From Candidatus Eiseniibacteriota bacterium (GTDB taxonomy: Bacteria > Eisenbacteria > RBG-16-71-46), in contig CAVSAC010000014.1 of assembly GCA_963725865.1 (NCBI GenBank), positions 1,568,001 through 1,632,000 of the forward strand: a DNA stretch of 64,000 nucleotides, given 5' to 3'. Below the pieces are notes generated by a model that worked only from the letters and a program-made list of their open reading frames with translations, had not been told where the DNA came from and made no database searches. Below are positions 10,910 to 21,952 of the stretch, in pieces (positions within the stretch are counted from its first letter, which is position 1; every line of letters begins with the position of its first letter). A program made the translations under genes and the position numbers.

Positions 10910-12095
10910 CCGCGGCGAGGGCGCGCGGCAGCTCGCGTGGCTGGTCGCGCTGCTCGGCGTGATCGCGGTGGCGCCCGGCGTCGCGGACGCGGCACGCTCG
11001 GATTCCCTGCGCCGCGTGACCGGGATCCACGTCAGCGACGAGGGCATCCGCATCCGCGGTGGCGGTCGCGACACGACGCTTGCGGGCGATTCGCTGAGCG
11101 AGCCGGTCGATGCCACCATCGACGTCGGCGACCGTGCGGTGCGCATCCGGGGCAATGTCATCGAGACCCGCCAGGGCGGCAAGGACGTGCGTGTCGTCGG
11201 GCCGGTCGTCCTCGTCAACGGCGAGGGCGCGGACATGGTGCGCGTCTTCGCCGACGCCGAGGTTCCGGCGGGGCAGCGGGTCGAAGGCGACGTGGTGGCG
11301 GTGTTCGGGTCGGTCACGGTGAAGGGCGAGGTGTCGGGCAATGCGGTCTCGGTGTTCGGCTCGCTGCGATTGGAGCCGGGCGCGGTGGTGGACGGCGACG
11401 CGGTCGCGGTCGGCGGCGTGCTCGACCAGCAGCCCGGCGCCACCGTCAGCGGGCAGAGCGTGTCGATCGAGCCGGGCTTCGACCGGCACCGCATCCCGGG
11501 CCTGGTGCTCGGTCACTCGGGCGTGCTCCTGCTGCTCGTCCTCGCGGCGATCCTGCCGGTGCTGGCCGGCTGGCTGTTCCTGCTGATCGCCCCTTCGCGC
11601 ATGCTGCGCGTGGCGGTGACCGCCACCCGGCGCCCGTTCGTCTCGCTGCTGCTCGGGCTGGTCGCGGGCCCGCTCATGATCATCGCCCTGGTGCTGCTGC
11701 TGGTGACCGTGGTCGGGATCCCGATCGCGCTGCTGCTGCCGATCCTTTTCTGCCTCGTGGCATGGGCCGGACAGGTGGCGACCACCTACGTGATGGGCTG
11801 CCGCCTCATGCGCCGCCGCCTCGGAGAAGGGGGCTCGGTATGGCCCTACATCGCGGGCACGTTGTTCGTCGGCCTGCTGGTGGCGCTCGGCTTCGCCGGA
11901 CTCGTGCTGCCGGGCCCGCTGAAGCCGATCGGGTTGTTCTTCCTCATGCTCAGCACGCTGCTCGCGCTGGGGCTCAACCTGATCGGCACCGGTGCCGCGT
12001 TGCTCTCCAAGCTCGGGACCACGCCCCGCGACGTGGTGGCCGGCCGCGATGCGCTCGTGGTGGGCCACGGCGCCGTGGGTGCCGCCGGCAGCTGA
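10887..12095 (+). CDS. Membrane protein with polymer-forming cytoskeletal (bactofilin-like beta-helix) repeats
   Basis: Repeats 'VEGDVVAVFGSVTVKGEVSGNAVSVFGSLRLEPGAVVDGDAVAVGG' followed by 5-6 TM helices; start uncertain. Confidence 0.7.
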   Translation: MSASWASSRGEGARQLAWLVALLGVIAVAPGVADAARSDSLRRVTGIHVSDEGIRIRGGGRDTTLAGDSLSEPVDATIDVGDRAVRIRGNVIETRQGGKDVRVVGPVVLVNGEGADMVRVFADAEVPAGQRVEGDVVAVFGSVTVKGEVSGNAVSVFGSLRLEPGAVVDGDAVAVGGVLDQQPGATVSGQSVSIEPGFDRHRIPGLVLGHSGVLLLLVLAAILPVLAGWLFLLIAPSRMLRVAVTATRRPFVSLLLGLVAGPLMIIALVLLLVTVVGIPIALLLPILFCLVAWAGQVATTYVMGCRLMRRRLGEGGSVWPYIAGTLFVGLLVALGFAGLVLPGPLKPIGLFFLMLSTLLALGLNLIGTGAALLSKLGTTPRDVVAGRDALVVGHGAVGAAGS

Positions 12096-12125
12096 GCGAG
12101 CGAGACGGCCTCCGGACGACCCGAG

Positions 12126-12186
12126 AGCCCCCGTGGGTGAGCCCACCCACGGGGGCTTCGGCGTCTGGGAAGGCTCACCCACGGGG
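12126..12186. repeat. Overlapping inverted repeats: one arm with two alternative partners
   Basis: 12126-12139 pairs perfectly with 12144-12157 (14 bp); 12129-12143 pairs perfectly with 12172-12186 (15 bp). Confidence 0.8.
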
Positions 12187-12309
12187 ACGCGCCCGAACTC
12201 GGAGCCAGCCCCGCGCCGGATCTCGAGACGACCTGGGCCGCACCTGCAAGTGCCATCTACCAGGGCACCTCCGGAAGCCGTGCCCGCCGCGCCGCGGCCC
12301 GGGCATGCG

Positions 12310-12324
12310 TGGCACGTTCATCGC
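12310..12324 (+). promoter_or_regulatory. Possible sigma-54 promoter
   Basis: TGGCAC-GTTCA-TCGC with correct GG-N10-GC spacing; one mismatch to TTGC. Confidence 0.35.
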
Positions 12325-12332
12325 GTTGATGG

Positions 12333-13352
12333 ATGGTCATGGAACCGCTCGCGATCATCCGCCGCTCCGGTCTCGGCCTGTTCGGGACGCTGCTCGGCGC
12401 TCTGCTCCTGGCCGCCGTGGCGCGCGCCACCGAACTGGGGGTGGGCGGTTCCGCGCCGGCGCTGGTGATCCACGATGCCGACGAGACGCTGCGTTCGTGG
12501 TGCCGCACGGATGACACCGGGCATCTGTGGCTGACGCTCCCCGGCGGCGCGCGCTTCGAGCTGGTGACCTCGACCGCCGACCCGGCGATCGCGAACCCCG
12601 GCGACGGCCGGTTCCATCCGTTCGAGGCGGCCGAGGTGCACGCCGCGCTCACCGAGCTGGACTATCCAGTCGATGGCATGCGCGCCCACGTCTTCGTGCT
12701 GCCCTACCCGCGCCGCGCCGGCCTCGAGTCGGCGGCGGGACCGGGCCTCATCCTGCTCGCGCCCGGCGTGCGTCCGCTGTCGCGCGAGCAACAGCACGCG
12801 GAGTTCGTGCACGAGCTGGGGCACGTGGTGCAGTACGCGAAGCTGCCGGACGGGGACGGTGCCGACTGGGCGACCTACCGACGGCTGCGCGGGATCGAGG
12901 ACGCGACCCGCTACTCGGCCGACGCTCCGCACGACCAGCGCCCTCACGAGATCTTCGCCGAGGACTTCCGGGCGCTGTTCGGGGGCGCGGCGGCCAACTA
13001 CTCGGGCACCATCGAGAACGCGTCGCTGACTCCGCCGCAGGAGGTGCCCGGGCTGCGCACCTTCGTGCTGTCGCTGGTCGGAGCCTCGCTGCAGGCGCAC
13101 CTGGCGGTGAGCCCGAATCCGAGCCATGGCGTGGTGGTGTTCGCACGCGCCGGGGAGAGCATGGCGGTGCTCGACGTGTTCGACGTGAGCGGCCGCCGCC
13201 TGGCGACGGTGCCCGCGGCCGCGGTCGCCGGTGGCACCGAATGGCACTGGGACGGCCGCGATGTTCGCGGCACCCGCCCGGGTCCCGCGATCGTGTTCGC
13301 GCGCGAGCGCACGGCGGCTGCCACGACCGTGCGGCTCACGCTGATCCCGTAG
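12333..13352 (+). CDS. Secreted zincin-like metallopeptidase (HELGH) with FlgD-Ig/T9SS-like C-terminal domain
   Basis: Signal peptide; 'FVHELGH...HEIFAEDFR'; tail 'VSPNPSHG...LDVFDVSGRRLAT...WHWDGRDVRG'. Confidence 0.7.
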   Translation: MVMEPLAIIRRSGLGLFGTLLGALLLAAVARATELGVGGSAPALVIHDADETLRSWCRTDDTGHLWLTLPGGARFELVTSTADPAIANPGDGRFHPFEAAEVHAALTELDYPVDGMRAHVFVLPYPRRAGLESAAGPGLILLAPGVRPLSREQQHAEFVHELGHVVQYAKLPDGDGADWATYRRLRGIEDATRYSADAPHDQRPHEIFAEDFRALFGGAAANYSGTIENASLTPPQEVPGLRTFVLSLVGASLQAHLAVSPNPSHGVVVFARAGESMAVLDVFDVSGRRLATVPAAAVAGGTEWHWDGRDVRGTRPGPAIVFARERTAAATTVRLTLIP

Positions 13353-13422
13353 TCCCCCCGACTCCTCGGCCTCCGGGTCCCACGGCTCCGCGCCGACCTT
13401 CGGCGCGCCGCCCGAACCGGTG

Positions 13423-14082
13423 TCAGGGCCGCGGCCGCGGCAGCACGTCCTCCGTGCGCGCGCGGGCACGCTGATCCCCGAGCCCCGCGAAGTTGCGCAC
13501 CGCGTCGAACGCCGAGCGGGGCAGCTCGGTGATGGCACCGAAGCCCGCCTGCCGCTTGTCCACCACCTCGCCCGACAGCCAGCCCTCCACCTCGGCGACG
13601 TCCTCGATGCTGAGCGGTCTCAGCGTCGCGGTGACGACGGCGTAGTAGCGGGCGCCGAGCACCAGGCGGTCGCTGCGCCCGATCGGCAGCGCGAGCGGAC
13701 GGTTCAGCACCACCGCCACCGAATCGAGGGTACCCAGCACCAGCGGGGTCGCGCCCACCCGCTCGATCCGATAGACGCGATTCCAGACCTCATACCGGAT
13801 CCGGATCGACGCGTCGAAGCTGCTCTCGAGCCGGTCGAACCAGCCATTGCGGCGGCGCCACAGCTCGGCGTGCAGCTCGAGCGTCGCCGGCATGCCGCGT
13901 TCGAGGCTCTCGGCGATGCGTGGCGCGAGCACGTCGTCGAGCCGCACGTCACACCAGATGCTGCCGTCCCGCTCGCGCGGCCCCGCGACCGTGGCCTGGA
14001 GCGCCCGCGCCGCGGGCGGCCAGGCAAGCCCCAGCGCGAGCGCGGCCAGCAGCGCGCGGCGGAGCGGGGAGCGTGAGGGCAT
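13423..14082 (-). CDS. DUF4390 family periplasmic protein
   Basis: Signal peptide; 'IAESLERGMPATL..ELWRRRNGWFD'; context next to ntrY/ntrX-like genes. Confidence 0.7.
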   Translation of the reverse strand: MPSRSPLRRALLAALALGLAWPPAARALQATVAGPRERDGSIWCDVRLDDVLAPRIAESLERGMPATLELHAELWRRRNGWFDRLESSFDASIRIRYEVWNRVYRIERVGATPLVLGTLDSVAVVLNRPLALPIGRSDRLVLGARYYAVVTATLRPLSIEDVAEVEGWLSGEVVDKRQAGFGAITELPRSAFDAVRNFAGLGDQRARARTEDVLPRPRP

Positions 14083-14095
14083 GGGGCCTCGCGGA

Positions 14096-15436
14096 TCAGA
14101 ACGGGCGTTGCAGGCGCAGCGTGATCACGAATCCGGAATCCGGGTCGCGCAGGTCGCGCGCGAAGTACACGCGCAGGTCGTCGTCCGAGGTGCCGATCCC
14201 GAATCCGCCATCGCACGCGATGTGCTGTCGCCGCAGATCGAAATCGGTGCCCGGTGCGTCCCAGGCGCGGCCCCCGTCGACGAACGCGAGCAGCTGCAGC
14301 CCACCCTGGAAGGGCGCACCGGTGAGCGTCCACAAGCCGAGCACGTACTCGGCCTGGGCCAGCACCAGTCGGTCGCCGCGATAGGCCGAGAAGGCGTGCG
14401 CCCGCAGGCCGTCGACGCCGCCGAGCGTGAACTGCTTCTGCGCGGGGAGCGTCCCGTCCAGGTTGGTGCCGCCTACGGCGCGCACGAGCAACGAGGCGGC
14501 GGGCGACAGGCGCAGCACGCTGCGCACGTCCGCCAGCGCTCGCGTGTACTCGAAGTCGCCGCCGAGCCCGCCGCCGGCACGCTCCAGCTCGATCCAGTGA
14601 TAGAGCCCGGCCCGCATCGCTCGCGTGCGGTGCATGAGACGCTCGCTCCGCAGGGCCACGGTGTGCGCCTGCCCCTCGTCGATCGGCGGGTTGTCGCGCA
14701 GCTCGCGGTCGCGGTGGAACCACGAACGCGTGCCCGGGACCAGCGCCAGCGAGCGATAGCGGTCGTTGCGCACGTGGATGCCGACGGTCGAGAAGTCCGG
14801 CACCCGCCACGACAGGTAGGCACCGAATCCCTCGCGCTCGAAGTAGTCGCGGTAGTCCTGGCGGCCGAACAGCAGCGCCAGGCTGTTCTCGAAATCCTCG
14901 ACCTGCTGCAGCTCGCTGTGATCCGTGGCGCGTATCATCGAGACACCGGCCGCCAGGCGCCCCGGACGCGCGAGCGGCTGCTCGAGCTGCACTCCGTACA
15001 GGATGCGCTCGCGATCGGTCGCGTACCCCAGCCGCACGCCGACCCGTGGATCCAGCGGCTCCGACGACTGCATCTCCCAACCGGCTCCGAAGCGCACGCG
15101 GTCCACGCGGTTGTAGTCGAACAGCAGCTCGCCATTCCGCCGCGAAGGATCGGAGCGCCATTCGTCGGGGTCGGTGATGAGACGATCCCCGATCGGCGGG
15201 CGCAGCCAGCCGCAGTCGTCCGACGATCCGGCGCGGACGTGGCGGCGGGCACCCTGGTGCTGCGGGCGGAACTCGAACGGATCGGAATCGGGATCGTCGG
15301 GGGTCACGGGGCGGAACTCAAGCGGACCACTGGACGAATCCGGCTGTGCGGGGGATTGCGCGCGCGCCATGGGCGTGACGAGCACGCCCAGCGCCGCGCA
15401 CAGCAACGTGGCGGCGAGGGGGCGATGAGGGTTCAC
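14096..15436 (-). CDS. Omp85/BamA-TamA-like beta-barrel outer-membrane protein without evident POTRA domains
   Basis: GTG after GGAGG; signal peptide; 'YNRVD', 'FTLGGVDGLRAH' (variant of the Omp85 lid motif), 'AFVDGGRAW', C-terminal Phe. Confidence 0.75.
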   Translation of the reverse strand: MNPHRPLAATLLCAALGVLVTPMARAQSPAQPDSSSGPLEFRPVTPDDPDSDPFEFRPQHQGARRHVRAGSSDDCGWLRPPIGDRLITDPDEWRSDPSRRNGELLFDYNRVDRVRFGAGWEMQSSEPLDPRVGVRLGYATDRERILYGVQLEQPLARPGRLAAGVSMIRATDHSELQQVEDFENSLALLFGRQDYRDYFEREGFGAYLSWRVPDFSTVGIHVRNDRYRSLALVPGTRSWFHRDRELRDNPPIDEGQAHTVALRSERLMHRTRAMRAGLYHWIELERAGGGLGGDFEYTRALADVRSVLRLSPAASLLVRAVGGTNLDGTLPAQKQFTLGGVDGLRAHAFSAYRGDRLVLAQAEYVLGLWTLTGAPFQGGLQLLAFVDGGRAWDAPGTDFDLRRQHIACDGGFGIGTSDDDLRVYFARDLRDPDSGFVITLRLQRPF

Positions 15437-15479
15437 GGTGCCTCCGGAGTGCAGGACAGGGGACGCACCCGGTGGGCTC

Positions 15480-15494
15480 GCAATGTGCGTTCCA
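15480..15494 (-). promoter_or_regulatory. Sigma-54 promoter of the Omp85-like/DUF4390 genes
   Basis: Minus strand TGGAAC-GCACA-TTGC (GG-N10-GC), about 45 nt upstream of GTG 15436. Confidence 0.55.
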
Positions 15495-15728
15495 TGGCGT
15501 GTGCTGCGGGGCCGGCCGGTGGCGCCACCGCGGCCGGGCGGTCGGCCCAGAGGGCGTTCCCCTGCAGTCCCGTGGACGCTCCCGCCGCCGACCTCGCGCG
15601 CCGGTTCGCGGCCGCGCGGGCGACCGGAATGCGACCACTGTGGCGGAGCCGCCGCCGCGCTGTGGCGGTGGCGCCACAAGCCTTCCTCGGCGCGCGGGTC
15701 GCTCCCGGGCCCGCCTTCCGCGGCATGC

Positions 15729-17080
<1,352 letters not shown>

Positions 17081-17084
<4 letters not shown>

Positions 17085-18622
17085 GCGATTGCGGCTCCTG
17101 GGTGCGGGTCTTCGAGCGGCAGGGACAGCCGCGCTCGCGCGCCGCCCCTGTCGCGGTCCTCCAGCGTCACGGTCCCGCCGTGCTGAGACGCGATGTCGCG
17201 CACCAGCGAGAGCCCGAGTCCGCTGCCGCGGCGCTTGGTGCTGACGTACGGCTCGAACACGCGGCCGCGCAGCTCTTCCGGCAGCCCCGGACCGCGGTCG
17301 AGCACCTCGACTACGGCCGCGCCGCCGAGGTGCGACGCCCGCAGTTCCACCACTCCACCGGGCGGACTCGCTTCACAAGCGTTGATCAGCAGGTTATGCA
17401 GGGCGCGTGAGAGCAGCAAGCGATCCCCCCGAACCGGCAGCGGGCCGGGGGCGTCTACCGTCAGCGTCAATCCCTCTGGCTCGTGGAGGCACGCCACCTG
17501 GCGAGCGATTTCGGCCAGGTCGCATGGTTCGAGGCGCGGGTCTGGCAGACGCGCATACTGCGCGAACTGCTCCGCGAGTCGTCCCAGATGCTCGATCTCG
17601 GCCAGGAGCGCTCCGAGACTCTCCTCGACCACCGCGCGTTCCGCGCCCGGTACCGAGCCGACACGCTTCTGAAGCCGATGCAGAGAAAGCCGCATCGGTG
17701 TGAGTGGGTTCTTGATCTCGTGGGCGAGTCGGCGCGCGACTTCCCGCCACGCGGCTTCGCGCTCCGCCTGACGCAGCTGGTCGCGCGCGGTCGCCAGGCG
17801 CTCGCGCATGGTGTTGAACGAACGCGCCAGCGAGTGCATCTCCCGCGCCCCGGTGGGCTCCAGTCGCGTCTCGAGGTCGCCGGCGGCCACCCGCTCGAGC
17901 GCGCCCGCGATGTCGGCCAGCGGGCGCGTCATTCCGCCCGCGACCGTGGTCGCCAGCCAGACGGCGAGCAAACCAAGCACCAGGACGAGTGCGGCCACGA
18001 GCAGCCATACATAGCGTCGCTGCACGTCGACGACCACACCGAGCCTGCGATAGTAGGCCGCCCCGATCGCCACGGTGTCGGCGCGCGCGAAGAAGTCCGG
18101 CGCGACCCAGACGCCCACTGCCACGGCGCGGTCCTGGCCGGCCGCGGCCACGCCCGCGAGCGCACCCTGCCCCGACCGCACGAGCCGGGTTCCGGCCAGC
18201 GCCGCCTCGAGATCGTCGCCGAGATCGAGCGGGCGCGGCGCCAACACCCCTTCCGGAATACGCTGGGCCTCGAGCCTCCAACGGCCCTCGTCCCGGTGAT
18301 AGATCTGCGCGAAGTCGAGCCCCTGAGTGCGCAGCGCCGCTCGCGCGTCCGCGGGCGCCCCGATCGCTGGCCACCGCGCGGCCCACGCCTCCGCTTGAGC
18401 GGTCAGCATGGCCTCGATCCGAGTCTCGCTCGCGCGCGTGACCTCGAGCGCGGATTCCAGCGCACGATCCACACCGGGACGAAACCAGCGCGCGGTCGAA
18501 CGACCGAGCTGATCGATCGTGAAGATCGTGAAGATCAAGGTGGGCAGCAGCGCGAGGGCGAGCAGCGCGACGACGAGACGCGCTCGAAGGGTCACGGTGC
18601 GCCCGTGCGGGGGAGCAGTCAC
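17081..18622 (-). CDS. HAMP sensor histidine kinase (NtrY-like)
   Basis: Two TMs, HAMP, 'AWREVARRLAHEIKNPLTP', N/G boxes; GTG 18622 overlaps the rlmN stop. Confidence 0.9.
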
Positions 18623-19692
18623 GCTCCGGCGCCGAGCCCTCCGAGTTGGCCGCATGCCGCCCAGATCTCCCCGCCGAGCGTGTTGCGCACCATGACGGCG
18701 GGCGCGCGCGGGAACAGGCTCCGCGCGAACGCCTCGACGGCCGCCGCCGGGGGCCGCTGCCACGGCAATCCAGGCACCGGGTTGTACGGGATGAGGTTGA
18801 TCTTGCTGGGCAGCTCACGAGCGATGCGCGCGAGCCGTTCCGCATCCTCTTCGCGGTCGTTCACGCCAGCGATGAGCGTGTATTCGAGCGTGACGCGGCG
18901 ACCGCTCGCCGCGCCGTAGGCCCGCGCGGCGGCCAGCACCTCGGCCAGCGGCCAGCGGCGGTTGATCGGCATCAGCCGCGTGCGGAGCTCGTCGGTCGTG
19001 GCGTGCAGTGAGAGCGCGAGCCCCAGCGCGAGCCCTTCGCGCGCAAGTTCGTACATCGGCGGAACCAGGCCACTCGTCGAGACCGTGATGCGTCGCGCGC
19101 CCAGGTTGAGCCCGTGCGGGTCGTTCAGGATGCGGATCGCGTCCACCACTGGGCGGTAGTTGTGCAGAGGTTCGCCCATCCCCATGAAAACGAGATTGAA
19201 GCGCTCGTCCTGCCATCCGTGCCGGTCGCCCATCAGGATCACCTGCGCGACGATCTCCTCCGCCCGCAAGTGACGCTTCAGTCCCATCAGCCCGGTGGCG
19301 CAGAACGCGCATTTCAGCGCGCACCCCACCTGACTGGAGATGCAGAACGTGAGGCGTTTGTCGGTGCGCATCGAGACACTCTCGAGGCGCGCCCCATCGT
19401 CGAGCGCCAGCACGAACTTGTGGGTGAGGCCATCGCCGGTCCGATGCACCGACTCCAACTTCGGCAGGCGAAGGTCGCACACCTCGGACAGGCACTCGCG
19501 CAGCGCGGTGGGGAGATTGGTCATACCGGGCGCGGAGCGCATTCGCTTCCCGTAGACCCAGCCGAACAACTGGCCCGCACGGTAGGCCGGCAGGCCCCGC
19601 TCGACGAGACGTTCGGCGAGCATCGTGCGGCTGAGGCCGTAGAAGCTCGGGCTGGCCGGGATTTCGGCCGGTAGAAGTGGCGCGCTGGACAT
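18619..19692 (-). CDS. rlmN: Dual-specificity 23S rRNA/tRNA methyltransferase RlmN
   Basis: CISSQVGCALKCAFC, FMGMGEPLHN, ITVSTSG, INLIPYNP, AACGQL. Confidence 0.97.
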   Translation of the reverse strand: MSSAPLLPAEIPASPSFYGLSRTMLAERLVERGLPAYRAGQLFGWVYGKRMRSAPGMTNLPTALRECLSEVCDLRLPKLESVHRTGDGLTHKFVLALDDGARLESVSMRTDKRLTFCISSQVGCALKCAFCATGLMGLKRHLRAEEIVAQVILMGDRHGWQDERFNLVFMGMGEPLHNYRPVVDAIRILNDPHGLNLGARRITVSTSGLVPPMYELAREGLALGLALSLHATTDELRTRLMPINRRWPLAEVLAAARAYGAASGRRVTLEYTLIAGVNDREEDAERLARIARELPSKINLIPYNPVPGLPWQRPPAAAVEAFARSLFPRAPAVMVRNTLGGEIWAACGQLGGLGAGA

Positions 19693-19783
19693 GGGATCTC
19701 GCCGGGTGGGGTGTAGGACGGCCAGAGGCTAACAGCCTGCCCTGTTGCGGTCAACGAGTGGAGATGGTATGCATCAGCGTGCA

Positions 19784-20332
19784 ATGAAATCGACAGCTGA
19801 CCATTCCAGAGGGTTGATGGCCTGCCTCGGCGACTCCTCCCGTTTCCGGATCGTCGCACAGCTGGCACACGGGGAGCGATGTGTGAGCGACCTGGCGCAT
19901 GCGGTCGCTCTCTCGCAGTCGTGCACCACTCGTCACCTGCAGGCACTCGCACGAGCGGGACTCGTGCGGGGCGAGCGACGAGGGAAGTGCGTGATGTTCC
20001 GACTGAGCGTGGACGATCCGCACGCTGGAGGTCTACTGCGCTGGATCCGACGCGAGGAGCTGGAAGACTCCCCCGCGGACATGGGCTGGCCGAGCGACTC
20101 GAGCCCGTCCCGCGGCTCGAACCCGCCCGTTCCGGCCCGCGCCGGTCGCGAACATCGCAAACCGAGAAAGACGCCCGTGCCGGCCAGTGCGTCACGGCCG
20201 GGCACTGCCGCAGCCCCGCTCAAGTCTCCTTCAGCGATCGAGACGGCCGAGCAACCCGCTGCTGACGAAGAAGCTGGCGCGAGCCCGCGAGGCGCACCGC
20301 GCTCCCCGGACCTTGAGGATTTCCTACTGTGA
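19784..20332 (+). CDS. ArsR/SmtB family HTH regulator with low-complexity C-terminal tail
   Basis: 'LGDSSRFRIV..L..GERCVSDLA..VALSQSCTTRHLQALARAGLV'; start uncertain (19769/19784/19817). Confidence 0.8.
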   Translation: MKSTADHSRGLMACLGDSSRFRIVAQLAHGERCVSDLAHAVALSQSCTTRHLQALARAGLVRGERRGKCVMFRLSVDDPHAGGLLRWIRREELEDSPADMGWPSDSSPSRGSNPPVPARAGREHRKPRKTPVPASASRPGTAAAPLKSPSAIETAEQPAADEEAGASPRGAPRSPDLEDFLL

Positions 20333-21303
20333 CCTCAGTGTCTTATATGCGTGTTGGTGCAATCGACATCGGATCGAACTCGGTGCGCATGCTGGTGGCT
20401 GATGTGACGATCGAGGATGGACAGATCGGCGCTTTGACCACGGTGGCGCGCGCAGGAGAACCCTGTCGACTCGCTCGCGGCCTCGACCGATCGGGGCTGG
20501 TGGACGCTGAGATGGCGACCCGCGCTGGGCAGGTGGTCAGCGAGTTCTCCCGCCGAGCGGCCGGATTGGGGGCGATCCGCGTGGTCGTCGGGGCCACCGC
20601 GGCGCTCCGAGGCGCGACCAACGGAGCCGAGGTTGCGCGCGCCATCGAGCAACGCGCGGGTGTTCAGATTCGAATTCTAAGTGGGGAGGATGAGGCCCAG
20701 TTGGTCTATCGCGCGGTCGTGCTGGGGTTCGGAGCGATCGCACGCGGGCACCCCTGCGTGGTCTTTGATCTGGGCGGCGGAAGCACTGAGGTCGTGAGCG
20801 GCTATGGCGAACGACCTGGACGCTGGACCAGCCTGCCATTCGGAGCCGTCAGTCTCACCGAGCGCCATCTGCATCCGGACAGTCCGGAGGTAGATCGACT
20901 CGGCGGGCTGAGGGAGCGGGTGCGAGGCGAAGTAATGCATGAATGTGCATATATGCCTGAACGTGCATCTTTACTCGCCGGTGTTGGAGGGACTGTGACC
21001 GTGTTGGCATCAATGGATCTGGGACTGAGTGGGTACGATCCGGCCCGAATCGAGGGCTGGACCATTCTGCGACCGCGCCTCGAGGTGCTGATTGAGCGCG
21101 TTGTTCATGCGTCGCCGGACGAGAGGAGCGGTTGGCCTGTGATGGGGGAGGGACGTGCCGACATCGTGGCCGCTGGGGCGCTGGTCGTCTCGGTGTTGAC
21201 CGAACGCTTCCCTTCCCAAGGCTTGGTCTGCTCGACCCAGGGGCTGCGCTATGGACTTGCGCGGCTCGCCGCCGAAGAGGCTGTGGCTGACCGGCGGCCG
21301 TGA
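20329..21303 (+). CDS. Ppx/GppA family phosphatase (short form)
   Basis: AIDIGSNSVR, ATAALRGATNG, ILSGEDEA, DLGGGSTE, GVGGT, GLRYG. Confidence 0.92.
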   Translation: MTSVSYMRVGAIDIGSNSVRMLVADVTIEDGQIGALTTVARAGEPCRLARGLDRSGLVDAEMATRAGQVVSEFSRRAAGLGAIRVVVGATAALRGATNGAEVARAIEQRAGVQIRILSGEDEAQLVYRAVVLGFGAIARGHPCVVFDLGGGSTEVVSGYGERPGRWTSLPFGAVSLTERHLHPDSPEVDRLGGLRERVRGEVMHECAYMPERASLLAGVGGTVTVLASMDLGLSGYDPARIEGWTILRPRLEVLIERVVHASPDERSGWPVMGEGRADIVAAGALVVSVLTERFPSQGLVCSTQGLRYGLARLAAEEAVADRRP

Positions 21304-21520
21304 CCGGTCCGCAGGTCCGGATGGCGCGCCGCCGCCTCTCGTTGAGAGTCGTCAGGCCTTCTGCAAATCTTCGTTGACCGCTCGACAACGCGGGCTGGAT
21401 ACTCAGCGGAGCGGCGAAGAGGTCCCTCAAAACCTTTGTGTGCCTCAAAGAGATTTCCTCCGATCTCGTGGGACGTCCTTTTCATTCCGAATGCCAGTGT
21501 CACGGAGGGAGCGGCACAGC

Positions 21521-21841
21521 ATGACGAGATTCCACAGCAGGCTCCTATTCACTCTGGCTCTGATCATCACGACGTCGGTCGTGGCGGTCACGACGAGTTC
21601 TGCGGTCGAGCGCTGGATCGACGATACAGCGCCTCCGCAGGGCGGCGTGATCCGGCCACATCCGCGGGTGAGGCCAACCTCCGGCGATCCTGATGTCACC
21701 GGGAGTGGCAGTCCCAACGCGCCTCAGAAGGTGGGACCGCTCGCCAGTCGCCCTGTTCTCGGAACTGAGCGCCCGCAGGTCGCTAGCGATCTGATCCGAG
21801 TCGCGGGGAAGATGTGGATGACGTGGTGGCTCGTACGCTGA
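21521..21841 (+). CDS. Small secreted protein / putative signalling peptide precursor (106 aa)
   Basis: GGAGGGAG RBS; Sec-type signal MTRFHSRLLFTLALIITTSVVAVTTSSA; Pro-rich core with SGDPD; Trp-rich C-terminus. Confidence 0.65.
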   Translation: MTRFHSRLLFTLALIITTSVVAVTTSSAVERWIDDTAPPQGGVIRPHPRVRPTSGDPDVTGSGSPNAPQKVGPLASRPVLGTERPQVASDLIRVAGKMWMTWWLVR

Positions 21842-21952
21842 CGGCGCGCTGACGCGACCGCCGGCGACCACGAGTACGAACGGCGAACCGGGCCAGCTCG
21901 GCCGGCTTGGCCGGGATGCCAGGGCCAGGACTCAGGAACGAGGGTTCGAAAA

